Origin: Eledone cirrhosa
Taxonomy: Eukaryota
NCBI GenBank assembly: GCA_964016885.1
Contig: OZ024746.1
Location: 80,414,001-80,478,000, forward strand
Direction: 5' to 3'
Length of the DNA: 64,000 nt
Shown here: positions 26,373 to 39,975 of the stretch, one piece after another
Numbering within the stretch: position 1 is the stretch's first letter
How the letters are laid out: each line of letters begins with the position of its first letter
Notes under the pieces: generated by a model
The model's database searches: none
What the model saw: only the letters and a program-made list of their open reading frames with translations
What the model was told of the DNA's origin: nothing
Translations under genes and position numbers: made by a program

Positions 26373-26734
26373 CTGTCTGTCTTTCTGTATGTGTGTATAT
26401 ATACATATATGTATATATATATATATAGAGAGAGAGATGGGTGAATGACTGGTTGACTAAACACACGCGTTTCCTACTGTAATCAAATTCCGTGGATAAT
26501 ACAGGCAATGCAGATTGCAATGGATATGTAACCCGGTCCTTACACTGATCCAAATGTACGATTTCAGTGTGATTTGAACCAGGAACAACCGTAATTACAT
26601 ACCGCAAGGTGTCTTGTCCGATGCTCTACCGATTCTTCTGATATTTATTATATTTACTTGCTGGTTATACTTGCCAAAGAATTGAACTAAATTGAATTCG
26701 AACAAACGAGAGACATTCTATGTGGTAAAAGCAC

Positions 26735-26915
26735 CAACTAGAAATAGCAACCAAATCTGACTCAAATCATACTCAACTCTCTAAAAAGATGGTCGCATTG
26801 GACAATGTAATCATAAATATATAAATGCTTGAGTAAAAAAAAAAGATCAGATGGTTAGAGTTGTAACGGCTTTGATCATAGATCAAAGGGCTGACCTAGG
26901 GCTAAACAACAACTA
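26735..26915 (+). mobile_element. Dispersed repeat family B (CTAGAAATAGCAGCCAAATCTCCCTCAAATCACAC motif)
   Basis: The motif, with or without its GATCAAAGGG..GGGCTAAACAAC tail, also appears near 4255, 4665, 21670, 22500-22800, 23050, 24910, 38790 and 40400. Confidence 0.7.
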
Positions 26916-27602
26916 AATTCAATTCAGGGTTGTTAATGTGAAAATACATGCTAGTTTCGTTCATAGTTAATTGTTTTCTTTGTCGATTGTCTCTCGACAA
27001 ACGGTTGTATTTCTTCCCCTTTATATTGTCCACTCTTCTGTTAAGGAAATACATTTCTTTCATCGTGAAATGGATTAGAATCTTTTTTTATATTGTCCAC
27101 TCTCCTGTTAAGGAAGTACACTTCTTTCATCGTGATATGTGCTACAATAATTCTTATATTTCGCCAACAGCAATGATTCAGAAATTGGGTTCTTATCTCA
27201 TTTAAAAATACGAAACAATAAAATAAAAGTAAAATAAGATAAACTTGCATTTTATATCGAACTTTCCACCTGTACATGTGTTGTCCGTAAAATTATTAGC
27301 GTCCATGTCTTTGAATACTAAATTAACAACACTTGTAGCTTATATGTGTGTGTGTGAGTATGTTGTTCTCCTTAGCTTAGCTCAGGCTGCGATAATTTAT
27401 TATTTTCTTTTATTATTTGTCTTCTTCTAGGAAAATTACATTGCCTTGTGTTTGTTGCAAGTGTTATGCCATTATTTCTTATTTCAAGGAAGAGATTTCA
27501 ATCTTCGGTTTCATATGATCACCTTCAACAACTATATTTTACGGATATTTTACAGTTTCTTTGCATCTAACTTGATATTCAGATGTCGTTTTATCAACAT
27601 CA

Positions 27603-27815
27603 GATAATTGTTTCTGATTTAGGCACAAGGCCAACAATTTGGGGAGAGGTGAAAGTCGACTAAATTGCCTCCAGGACTGGTACTTTATTTCATCGACCCT
27701 GTAATGATGAAAGGCAAAGTTAACCTCAGCGAGATTTGAACTCAGAACGTAAAGGGGCATAACTATATGCCACAAAGCATGTTGTCCGACGTTCTACCGT
27801 TACTACCAATCACCG
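27603..27815 (-). mobile_element. tRNA-headed SINE, long-tail variant
   Basis: Full head, core and tail on the minus strand. Confidence 0.9.
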
Positions 27816-28684
27816 GTGGATCACTTACTATAAGTACACAAATAGTTACAAGAGTGGAATCAATGTAGGAACTAATATCTGCCTGTCACTCTTCAGAATT
27901 GTTGCAACTCAGCAGAGTTGTTACATCGTAGGATTACACGGTTTACGGTGTTTGTCCTGGTTCTCATGTGCTCTGAATTCAAATCCCGCTCAAGTCAACT
28001 TTTCCTTTCATCCTTTCGGAGTCGATAAAAAAAAGGACCAGTTAAGGGCGGTGGATTGGTGTAATTGTTAGAACATTGGTCGGAATACTTTGCAGTACCA
28101 GTAACAGTTCTGTGCAATCTGGAACCAGCAAAATGCTGACATGGGGAAACTGGAGCCCTTATTAAAACCCCACAGGGACTTGATATGTTACGCAACCTTG
28201 CGGAAGGTTAGATAAACCTACGCAGATATGATCCGTAGTTACAAAACTGTGGGACGATCTGTAAAATTATCCTTGAATATAAAGATAAATAGGACATCTT
28301 CGGTTTCGACGATGAATGTTCAGCCTACTCATCAAGTTAACGTGTAAGTCGCTTAGCATTCCACATCCACGTGTAACACTCTTAACGTAATTCTCAGTGT
28401 GACACATTATGTGTCATGGCTGACTCTCTAAATTACAACATCCAATCGACAGGCTGCTAAACGGCTTCCGACTACCCAATTTCCCTCACAAGGCTTAGAT
28501 CTACTTGGAGCTATAGTAGATAACACTGTTTATAAAACAACAACAAAGCTCCTCTTTGGAAGAGACAATGTTACTATGACCATTCGTCGGCTTCTCTTAC
28601 TGTATGAGTGTATGTGTGTCTTTACGCAGTATTTGTGCACACGTATGGTTTTTGTGTGTGCGTGTGTATGCGTGTGTATGCGTG

Positions 28685-29112
28685 TGAAGGCGTGTGAAGG
28701 CGTGTGTTTTAATGGTCAGGGTATTCGGCTCATGATAGAAAGATCGTGTGTTCGATCCTCGGGTTGACGTTGTGTTCTTGAGCAAGAGACTTTATTTAGA
28801 GTTGCTCCAGTCTACTCAACTAGCAACCATGTGTGAAACTCTTGAAATTGGGGAAGAACTGTACAAATTGATATATGCACTGAACGTATCATAAGCAGTT
28901 CTCTCTAAACCAGGCATGTCAAACTGAGGCTCCCCCGAGGTTCAAAGTGTCAGTCATGACACACTGTCTTGCTAAATCTTCCCGAGAACAACGTTAACGG
29001 GGCAAGTGTCTATGGAATACTCAGCCACTTTGCACATTAATTCCTCGAGCAGGCTGTTCAGGGGTTCGAACAATTGGAACATTCCTCGCTAGAACCGACG
29101 GAGGTGCAGCAA
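28685..29112 (+). mobile_element. CORE-like SINE interrupted by unrelated sequence that includes a hAT-like terminus (CAGGCATGTCAAACT at 28911)
   Basis: Head GTGAAGGCGTGTG..GTTCGATCC, core TGTGTTCTTGAGCAAGAGACTTTAT, and a tail 28950-29110 matching the 14390 copy. Confidence 0.7.
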
Positions 29113-29234
29113 CAACAAGTGTATATGTATAGGTGTGTCAGTATGTATGTGTGCGTGTATATGTATATATGCATGTGAGTGTGTGTATATGTGTATATGT
29201 GTAATGGTGTGTGTGTGACAGTGTGCATGTGTGC

Positions 29235-29334
<100 letters not shown>

Positions 29335-29665
29335 CTATATATAAAATATAACTATATATAAAATATATATAATATATATATATATATATGTGTATGTGTA
29401 TGTGTGTGTCTGTGCATGTCAGTATAGTATATGTGTATGTGTGTGTATATATGCATGTCAGTATATGTGTGCGTGCGTTTAGTTATGGCCAATACATAGT
29501 CAATAGAAGAAAAGAAAACGTATAAAAAAGGATATAGAGATTTCAATAGAGATGAAAGAACGAACACATAGGCAGGGGGGACATAATAGTATTTCAATAG
29601 TTATGGGGATAAAGAGAGGGAGGGGGAGAGAGAGAATAGATAGCTTGTTTGATAGATGGACTGAT

Positions 29666-29719
<54 letters not shown>

Positions 29720-29834
29720 TTATCTATCTATCAGAGAGAGAGAGAGATAGATGGAGTGAGAGAGAACGATAGAAAGAAAGGCAGACTGAGAGACAGACAG
29801 ACAGGTAGATAGACAGACTGATAGATAGATAGAT

Positions 29835-29898
<64 letters not shown>

Positions 29899-30006
29899 AA
29901 GGAGAAAGAGAAAGAGAGACGGGCAGATAGACAGGTAGATACATTTCTTTATTTGCCACAAAGGCGCACAAGAAAAGGGGTAGATAGATAGATAGACAGA
30001 GAGAGA

Positions 30007-30103
<97 letters not shown>

Positions 30104-32081
30104 GGACATGAATATAAGGATATAAATATAAATAAATATGTGAATATTGGCTATAAAGGGAGATAAAAAGGAGTAGAAATTGATGGTTGGATATTAAAAA
30201 GGACGTGAGCTTGTGAGTGAAGTTGGGTATTTAGGAGAAATTTTATCATTTTTTTTTTACTTTCGATGTTTTTTGTGTGGTTTTACATTTGTCTCTTTCT
30301 TTTAGGATTCTTTTCTCTTGATTTATTTTTCCGTTTTTTTTTTTTTCTTGTCTTATTTATTGTATTTATTTGTTTTTAATCGAAAGGCTCAAAGTGAATA
30401 TTAAAAAGAAAAGAAAAAACATATACCGGGTGAGGGTATCATAATCGGTCTCAATTGTATATGACATTTAAGTAACGCTTGCAAAGGACCAAGCCGTCAC
30501 GCCTCGCTGATAATAGCAGAGTGTCAAAAGCAATGAAGCATGACAACCACAAAAAGGATAGGAGAGCGTGCAAATGGAAGAGGACGAGTAAGGTTTAAGT
30601 TTACCCAGCGGCTAAAAACATACCTCCAAGTTGGAGAGGCAACGAAATGGTGTTAGGGGGTGTTAGGGGGAGAAGGAAACCTGGAAGTGTTGAAGGAGAA
30701 GAGAAGTAGTGGGCAGAGGAGATCTGAGAAGAGAAGGAGGTAGTGAACTGAAGAAAATGAAGAAAGCAGACGATTGATGAGGAAAGCCTTTTACAACACT
30801 AAATATGTTGAAGGAGGGAAAAAAAATCTACACAGCTTTAAAAAAGTAAAAAAAAATTAATAAATTACACCAGAAAAATATTGACATTGAACAAGGTCAA
30901 GGTTTCGAAAGAGTTATGCTTTTGATAATTTGTATGTGTGTGTGTGTGTGTGTGGGGGGGGGTGATGATCTGTGTCTCTGTTTGTGTATGTGTGTGTGTG
31001 TGTCTGTCTGTTTGTGTATGTGTGTGTGTCTGTTTGTGTGTGTCTGTCTGTGTGTCTGTCTGTCTGTCTGTGTATATTAGAATGTGTGTATGTGTGTGTG
31101 TGCCTCTGTGTGTATATGTGACTGTGTGTGTATGTATATATTTTATATATTTCTATCTTTATGCTATATTTTATTATTTTTTCAATGAGTTTCTTCTTTA
31201 TATTTTATTTTCAATATATTTCTTTTTCTTTATTTATTTCGCAATTTTTTTTCTTTGCTTTATATAATTTTTTAAAGCAATTTATCAAATTTTACTTGTT
31301 TTCTTTTATATTTTGTTATTTTTTCTTTCTTTTTTTGGCAGTTGTATATTTTGTTGCTGTTTTTTTTTCTTTTTTTTTTTGTACATTTAATTTATTTATA
31401 TTTCAACAAAATTAAAAAGAGGAATGATGAAGCTTTTAATGAGAACAGATTTGAAATTAAGAACCGTCGGTTAGTTATTTCCACGTGCGGTAAATCTACC
31501 CGCATAACAAACTTTAGTAACCCATCCGAACACATGAAGCTTTTTACCGAATAATAAAACAAAAGAAAGGAAAGAGAAGGAAAGAAGAAATGGAATGAAA
31601 AAGAGGTCAGAAAGAAAGAAAGAAATAAAAGAGAAAAATAAAAAATAAAAATAATAGAAAAGAATAATAACATGAGGGTGGTGGGTGGATGAAGGGCAAA
31701 GGTAATGCTAAAGGAGAAGGAGAGAAAGAAAACCAGAAAACGTGTGGCTAAAAATGGCGAGGTGGGAGGTGGAGAGCGAAGAAAAAAAGAGGAAACAAAT
31801 ATAATATAATGAATAATTTGATATCCACAGAATCAAAGTCTGCCCCTGTCTCCCCCCTCTCTCTTTATATATATATATATATATATCCATCTCTCTATCT
31901 ATCTCTATTTAGGTCTCTCTCTCTCTCTCTTTATATATATATATCCCTCTCTCTATCTATCTCTATTTAGGTCTCTCTCTCTCTTTATATATATATCCCT
32001 CTCTTTATCTATCTCTATCTAGGTATCTCTCTCTCTCACTCTTTATATATATATATGTGTATATATATATATGTATATATA

Positions 32082-32156
<75 letters not shown>

Positions 32157-32159
32157 CTA

Positions 32160-32204
<45 letters not shown>

Positions 32205-32267
32205 CTCTCTATCTCTATCTAGGTCTCTCTTTCTCTTTCTCTCTTTCTCTCTCTCCCTCTCTCTATC

Positions 32268-32298
<31 letters not shown>

Positions 32299-33180
32299 CC
32301 GTGTGTGTGTGTTCATGATAGCACACTCTCTCTCTTCACGTCTCTCGTTCTAGCTTTCTCCATCTTTCCGATAATAAACAAGGGAAATGAAAGAAAAGAG
32401 TGAAAATAAATAGAGAAAAAAAAACAAAACAAAGAAAGAAGAAAAGACGGGCTGAATATGAATTAGGATAAAATGAATGTGAAGGAAAGAAAGAAAGAAA
32501 GAAAGAAAGAAAGAAGAAAAAAAAGAAACAAACAAACAAACAAACAAACAATGAAAGAAAGAAAAAGAAAGAAAGAACAAAAGAAAGAAAGGAAGAAAGA
32601 AAAATGGAGATCAAAGTTCAAACAGATAAAAAAAAATGGTAAAATAAAAGAAGAAAAAGAAAGAAAAACGAGGGAAATAATTAAAAACAGAGAGAAAGAA
32701 GAAAAGAAAGAACGAGACGAGATGAGGGGAGGGGGAAATAGGTAAAAATAGTCTTAAAATGGCAACAACAAAAATAGGCAATAAAAACAATAAAAAATAA
32801 AGAAAGAATAAGCTTCATGGACGGAATTACAATCTGCCATAATTAGGCACGTAATAATTACATGGCTCAATGAATTTAAATATTGCCAAAGGAAGTAAAT
32901 AAATAAATGATAAAATAAATAGATAAATAAGATAAATAAATAATAAATATTTAGACAAAGAGGTTCGGAAGTAAAAAAAAAATAAATGGAATTATATGAA
33001 GAATGTGAGTGAAGGAAGTGGTGAAGTGTAACTGTCAAATTGCTAGTCACTGGTGACTAAATGATTCCTTAGATATAACATGGATGAAATGGTATTTTAA
33101 TGTGTGTATGTCTACATACATAAACATACACAGGCACACACACACACACACACACACTTACACGTATGTAGACATACATA

Positions 33181-33305
<125 letters not shown>

Positions 33306-33308
33306 GGA

Positions 33309-33432
33309 GGAAAAGAGTTAGGACACCGGCGGCTGAGCTCCGGCCGTTTCGACAGCTAGATCCGACCTAAGCCACCAGTATTGAGTACTCTGGCGCGCTA
33401 TGGTCCACCTGGTATCTTACCACACCCATTTT
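33309..33432. mobile_element. Family A repeat: inverted 5' part joined to a forward 3' part
   Basis: 33309-33362 is the reverse complement of the GTCGAAACGG..GGGGTCC segment. 33377-33432 is the forward GTATTGAGTACTCTGG..TGGTCCACCTGG tail. Confidence 0.7.
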
Positions 33433-33451
33433 GTTCTCTCTCTCTCTCTCT

Positions 33452-33524
<73 letters not shown>

Positions 33525-33527
<3 letters not shown>

Positions 33528-33804
33528 ATAGAATAGCTTTCACCGTATTTTTGACTAAAGGAATTTTAGCCTGATAATGGGGTTTAGAACCCTCAGATAA
33601 ATGGAAAAAGATGAGTATGTTAATACTCATCTTTTTCCAATACAGTGCTGGTCTTCCCCCACCTCATGCTACTCATACCCTCAGATAAATGGAAAAAGAT
33701 GAGTATTAACATACTCATCTTTTTCCATTTATCTGAGGGTTCTAAACCCCATTATCAGGCTAAAATTCCTTTAGTCAAAAATACGGTGAAAGCTATTCTA
33801 TTTT
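33525..33804. repeat. Nested fold-back (~113-bp arms) whose spacer holds a 40-bp CRE-derived insert
   Basis: AAAATAGAATAGCTTTCACCG..ATACTCATCTTTTTCC and its reverse complement. The spacer 33637-33676 matches 35832-35871. Confidence 0.9.
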
Positions 33805-33991
33805 CTAATTTCAAACCTGCTCACTGTTTCAAAACATACTTACTTGACATATATATATATATATATATATATGAATGTATATATAGTGTATTTTGCAATG
33901 CACTGTATGCTTAACTAAAAGCATTTCGAAGACCTTATGAGTAGTGACAGTCTCACTTACTTTAAATTTTCAGCAAACAGGGGGAGATAAA

Positions 33992-34035
33992 GCTGACAGA
34001 GCTATGTTTCGTACTGATTGGTACTTATCAAAGCC
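33992..34035 (-). ncRNA. Degenerate type I hammerhead-like motif
   Basis: Minus strand: GGCT-TTGATAA-GTAC caatca GTAC-GAAA-CATAGCTCTG-TC-AGC. Confidence 0.45.
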
Positions 34036-34143
34036 AAGTACCACACCTGTCCGCTGAAAATCATGAATGTTTGATTCTTATAGAATTTCTAGTAATAATC
34101 AGGAACTGATTATACAGAGCGGTTGCCGGTCAAGCAGAAATGT

Positions 34144-34680
<537 letters not shown>

Positions 34681-34739
34681 TTGTGCGCTAAGCAACCGAT
34701 GTATACGATAAAGTTATATCTACTGTAGGGTATATAAGT

Positions 34740-36079
34740 CCCTTGCCTTGGTAGACAGCGTTGCACGAAGTATTATCGCTCCTCACAACATCTGGTACCT
34801 GGACAATGCGACGATTGGTGAACCCACAGAGAGCGTCTATCAGGATCTCCAATCAGTGGTTCCTGCTCTGGTGAGGATCGGCTTCGAGATCAACTCGTCC
34901 AAATCGGAGGTCGTGAACATCAATTACGACTCAGAGGGCTTCGTGACCTCCGTCTCGGACGTGTGATCATCACTCCATCAGGTGCAGGTGACCCCTAAAG
35001 AAGAGGTCCTTATCTTCGGTTCGCCGATCCTCCCATCTGCCATTCGCTTTACCCTCAGGTTCAGACTACGCCAGCTAGAAGCCATGACGAGTAGACTGAG
35101 CCTGATTGACGCCCACCCCGGCATTCTTTCTGTTCAGGAACTGCTTTGCCATGGCGACGCTCTTATTGCCCCCCCCCCCTCTACAACCAAGTATCTCTCC
35201 TCACAGATTTCGACGTCTGCATCCGGTGTGCTGTTGGGGAGATATGCAACGTCCGGTTTGATGACACCGGATGGCAGCAGGTTACCTTACACATCAAATA
35301 TGGCTGCCTCAATGTCCGGTCTCCTGTGCTACTGGCTCTGCCTGCTTTCCTTTCGTCGGTGACCTCTTGCCATGTCCTCATCAACAGGGTTCTCCACAAC
35401 ACAACTGAACTTTCTTGATCGAAGAGCGTGAGGCGGCCTACGCGATATGGAGCCAGTTCGGTCTCCATCCTGTGAATGTCCATCTCCTTTTCCTCCTCCG
35501 TAGATGACTAGTCCCGCCAAAAGAAATGGGACGCCATCCTTTGCTATATGATTTCAGGCGGGCTGGTGCACCAGCTCGATCAGCCCCACCTGGCATGTTT
35601 CCGCTCGGCCTCCCAACCCTACAGTGGTGCCTGGCTTAACGCAGTTCCATCACTCGCGAATGGCACACTCAGCTGGACGGCGACTGCTTGTGCATTGGTG
35701 TTTCCCTGAGGGTTGGCATCCGCGTCTGTGAGCCTCACAAATACTGTGGTATCACTGTGGATCCTTTCGGTCTCCCCCCAATTGTCATACCATTACAGTG
35801 CTGCCCCCCCCCCCCCCCCCCCCATGTCATGCCAATACAGTGCTGGTCTTCCCCCACGCCATGCTACTCATTACGAGATCATACATCATGGCCTGGATGG
35901 TGCAGGCTTCCCTTCTCAGATCGAGCCTGTAGAGTTGGATCGAGGAGACGGCAAAAGGCCAGACGCCATGACATTCTTTCGGTTCCCCGGGGGTTGGTCC
36001 CTCATCTGGCATGCCACATACTGTGACACCTACTCATGTGGCAACCTGGTGCGTTCTGCTACCAGCCCAGGCTCTGCTG
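34740..36079 (+). mobile_element. CRE-like non-LTR retrotransposon fragment (RT C-terminal half to restriction-like endonuclease), pseudogenised
   Basis: NIWYLDNATIG..IGFEINSSKSEV (YLDD region), SRLSLIDAH, W.Q.TL.I..G.L.VRS, SGAWLNAVPS and LDRGDGKRPDAMT..LIWHATYCDT (RLE motif). Contains stops and frameshifts. Confidence 0.9.
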
Positions 36080-36246
36080 TACTTGTAATTCAAAGGACCA
36101 GCTGTGCTGCACTGAATCTCCCTGAGAACTACTTTCAAAATGCACATATCTGTGGAATGCTCAGCCTCTACGTGCTAATCTTATGTGCATGCTGTCTCGT
36201 TGAGCAAACAACTGGAACACTCATCGTCAAAACCGAGTGATGTCCA
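36080..36246 (+). mobile_element. CORE-like SINE 3' tail
   Basis: GTAATTCAAAGGACCAG..CTGAGAACTAC..TGTGGAATGCTCAGCC..AACTGGAACACTCATCGTC matches the reverse complement of 14400-14575. Confidence 0.75.
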
Positions 36247-36449
36247 TTCTACTGTATAGTATATCATATATCATATATCATATATCATATAAGTAGATCA
36301 AATTTAAAATACAATGACGCCAAAAGTTTATTTTCGAACAAGGCAGCAAAAGTTATTGACACTTCCGTGTTTAATAAAAACAGTTTGGGGTTTTTCTGTT
36401 GACTTCAGGGTTGGCTTCAAATTAAAACCCGATGTCATTTCTATAAGTC

Positions 36450-36511
36450 ATGTATTTATTACAGAGTATATATATATATATATATATATATATACTCTGT
36501 AATAAATACAT
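36450..36511. repeat. Palindrome centred on a (TA)n tract
   Basis: ATGTATTTATTACAGAG-(TA)n-CTCTGTAATAAATACAT. Confidence 0.9.
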
Positions 36512-36884
36512 ATAAATATATAGATATATGTATGTATGTATATATATATATACATATATATAATATATATATTTTATATATATATGTGTGCGTGTGTGTG
36601 TATTGATTATACATTCCCATCCCGCATGCCAAATGGCGACTTTGTGAATGACAAGGAGGAGGAGAGGGGGAGGAAAGGAAGGATAACCAGGCAGATTATC
36701 TTAGAGCTTACAACCCTATCTTCGATGACATCCACAGACGATGTCTACCATCCGCTGTCCTAGTCTAGTCGGTATCTAAAGAATGTGGCGTATCTTGCTG
36801 ATATTAGTTGTCAAAAGGGCCAACTAGTAGAATTAGCTCCCAGCTAAGAGTGTTTGACCCCCCCTCGTCTCCTCCTTCCTTTTA

Positions 36885-38215
36885 TAATGGTTTCTGATTT
36901 AGTTTAGGCACCAGGTCAACAATTTGGGAGGGGCAGGGAAGTCGATTAAATCAACCACAGTGCTTTGTTGGTACTTTATTTTATCAACACTAAAGCTAAC
37001 CTTGGCGATAATGAAAAGGGTTTCTGATTTAAGCGGCCAACAATTTTGTAAGAGTAAAAAGTCGATTAAATTGACTCTACTGGGTTAATGGTACTTTACT
37101 TGATTGATCCCGTAAATATAAAAGGCAAAGCTAACCTTGGCGATAATAATTGGTTCTACTTTTGGCACAAGGCCAGCAAATACCCAGTGCATTACTGGTA
37201 CTTTATTTTATCGACCCCGTAAGGATGAAAGGCAAAGTCAACCTCGGCGGGATTTGAACTCAGATCGTAAAGGGACGTAACTATGCTGGAAAGCATGGCG
37301 TCCGACCCTCTACCGATACTGCCAATCCACCGCCCTCGGCGATAATAATAGTAATTATTATTATTAGAATCGGTAGAGCATCAGACAAGATTCTTTGCAG
37401 CATAGAGTTACGGCCCTTTATGTTCTGAGATCAAATCTCAAGAATTTATTTATAAGTCACAACTCAGTGACTCCCTTCAGGTCTGCTTGGCACGTTATCG
37501 GTAGAGGGTCGGACGCCATGCTTTGCAGCAAACAGTTACGGCCCCTTATGGTCTGAGTTCAAATCGCGCCAAGATTAACTTTGCCTTTCATCCTTACGGG
37601 GTCAATAAAATAAAATACCAGTAATACACTGGGATAATTGCTGACCTTGTGCCAAAAGTAGAAACAATTCAAGGGCGGTGGCTTGGCAGTATCGGTAGAG
37701 CTTCAGACACCATGCTTTGCAACATAGAGTTATGGCTCTTTACGTTCTAAGTTCAAATCCCGCCGAGGTTAATGTTGCCTTTCATCCTTACGGGGTCGAT
37801 AAAATAAAGTAGCAGTAACGCACTGGGGTCAATTTAATCGACTTTCCCTCCCCAAAATTACTGGCCTTGTGTCTAGAGGGAGCTGTTTATATAACTGTGT
37901 CTGTCTGAGTATACTTAAAATGTAGTGAGGAGGGGGGGAGTTGATTATACCGACCTCAATATTTGACTGGTACTATATTTTATCGACCCCCGGACAGATT
38001 AAAAGGCAAAGTTGACCTCGGTGGGATGTGTATTTAGAACGTAAACAAATACCACAAGGTATTTTTTCCGACGCTCTACCAATTCTACCAATCCAACACT
38101 CTCAGATAAATAATAATTGTTTCTACTTTTGACGCAAGGCCTGCATTACTAGTACCTTATTTTATCGACCCCGTAAAAAAAAATACCAGTAATGCACTGA
38201 GATTAATTGCTGGTC
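36885..38215. mobile_element. Cluster of ~8 whole or partial tRNA-headed SINEs in both orientations
   Basis: Minus copies at 36885-37140, 37150-37336 (TSD GGCGATAATAAT) and 37925-38100; plus copies at 37365-37440, 37495-37670 and 37671-37875. Confidence 0.9.
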
Positions 38216-38584
38216 TTTTTTCTTTATTTTCGTTATTTCATGTTTTTTTGTTTTTTTTTTGGGGGGGGGGGGGGGGGCCTTTTTACAAACATTTTATAAT
38301 TTAACTGAAATTTACTGAATAAAGATATTTTTCATCAAGGTTTTAAAAGAGTTGGGCGGAGGATGGGCTTTGTCGCACCTGTTCTGGCTTCGTGCTTTCT
38401 AAGTTCAAATCCGCGCATCCACCGGAAAAGGGGTGACACTTCTGCCAAGATTTGTAACCGGCAGATAGATGGAAAGACCAATAGAAACACATTTTCCTTG
38501 GTCCGGTCTGACGATTGGCTGCTTTCTATTCCTTTCACTCATATCAGCCCCAGAAGACTTTCTTTCTTTCTTTCTATCTGAGTT

Positions 38585-38624
<40 letters not shown>

Positions 38625-38625
38625 G

Positions 38626-38660
<35 letters not shown>

Positions 38661-39354
38661 ACTTTTCTTATTTATTGTTCTAAACAGCATGCGCGGCCTT
38701 CATAAAGAGAAAGAAAACAAGGAAATAGAAAGGAGACGACGAGATAAGGTTGTTGTTGTGGTTGTTGTTGTGGATGTTGTTGTTGTCTAGCCGAAGGTCG
38801 CCAGCTCAAACCGAGCAGAACTATGATCAAAGGCATTTCTAGTCATGACTACTTTGTATCTTTGTATTAACCAATGGGGGTCGTCCTTCCCCTTTTGTTT
38901 CTGTAAAGACAGTAAGACGGCAATTCGTAAGTTTTTTTGACTTCGCGGCGCTCTGGAGTTCAAATAGAGACATTAGTGGCGCACTTCGCAGAGAGAAAAG
39001 TTTTTAAAACAAACAAAAAATCAACTGTTTTAAAATTTTGAATACATATTTTTTATATGATTATGTATTTGTTTTGCTAGATACATGGTGTGAAATCGTG
39101 TATTGAAACCGAAATTGTCATATTTAGGATGTCCATGTTCCCAGCATAAAAAGAAACACACACACCATATAGATTTCGCTTTTTCACTTTATCTTCATTA
39201 CTAGTTATTCGTTAGTTTGTCAAAGTTCTCTCGTCACACATTCTGTGACCGACCCCTCAATGAGTATCTGTTCTCTTTTGTGCGTCCTCTTCTTTCTGGC
39301 CTTAATCTGTTTACTCCATCTTGTGTTTTGTGACAAAACCTTGTATATCTCCTC

Positions 39355-39975
39355 AGCCCCGCACCGGATAAGGGTGTCAAAGTCTGCGAAGAGAGATGCG
39401 TGGCTGTAACATGGGGCACTGCGGAAGGCATATAGAAGCTTCGGTATAGCAAAGTAGTTCCTGAACAGGAAGAGAACCGAATGTGCGTCGACTAGGTTCA
39501 GTCTGCTCGTAAGCCCTCGGTATCATAATTGACGTTCACAAGATGGATCTCGATCTCAATTCTCGTCAGAGCGGAAACCACCTATCGAAGATCGCGGCAA
39601 GACAGTCTTTACGGACCAGGTACCAGGCGTTGAATGGAGCTACGATGCTCCTAGCAACGTTGTCTACCACGAGAGCGAAGAGGGGGTGACTCAATGGATC
39701 GCCCTGTTGAACACCTCGGTGGCCACGTATAGAAGTTGAGGATCAGGTGGGGGTACGGGTCTAAGGTCTGCTGGTGTCTCGGGATGTTTTGGTCGAAAAG
39801 CAACAATGGCCTTTTCGCTGGAGCGGAGGACTATGTCGTCCGAGGCGATTATTCTGACAGCGGCCAAGTCATCACTCACGTCTACCTTGGTATATATCCG
39901 TTCGCATAAACGCTTTGTGTGTGTGTGTGGGGGGGGGGGGGGGTCGGAGACTGGAACACCATTCGGCAACATGGA
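39355..39975 (-). mobile_element. CRE-like retrotransposon fragment, internally deleted
   Basis: AAVRIIASDD..KHPETPADLRP, then PLFALVVDNVARSIVAPFNAWYL, then LTSRLNLVDAHSVLFLFRNYFAIPKLLYAFRSAPCY. Homologous to 34740-35230. Confidence 0.85.

Noticed and set aside
31342-31673. ORFs across the unique island at 31420-31555
   Set aside because: Both ORFs run into low-complexity flanks, with no splice signals or recognisable domain.
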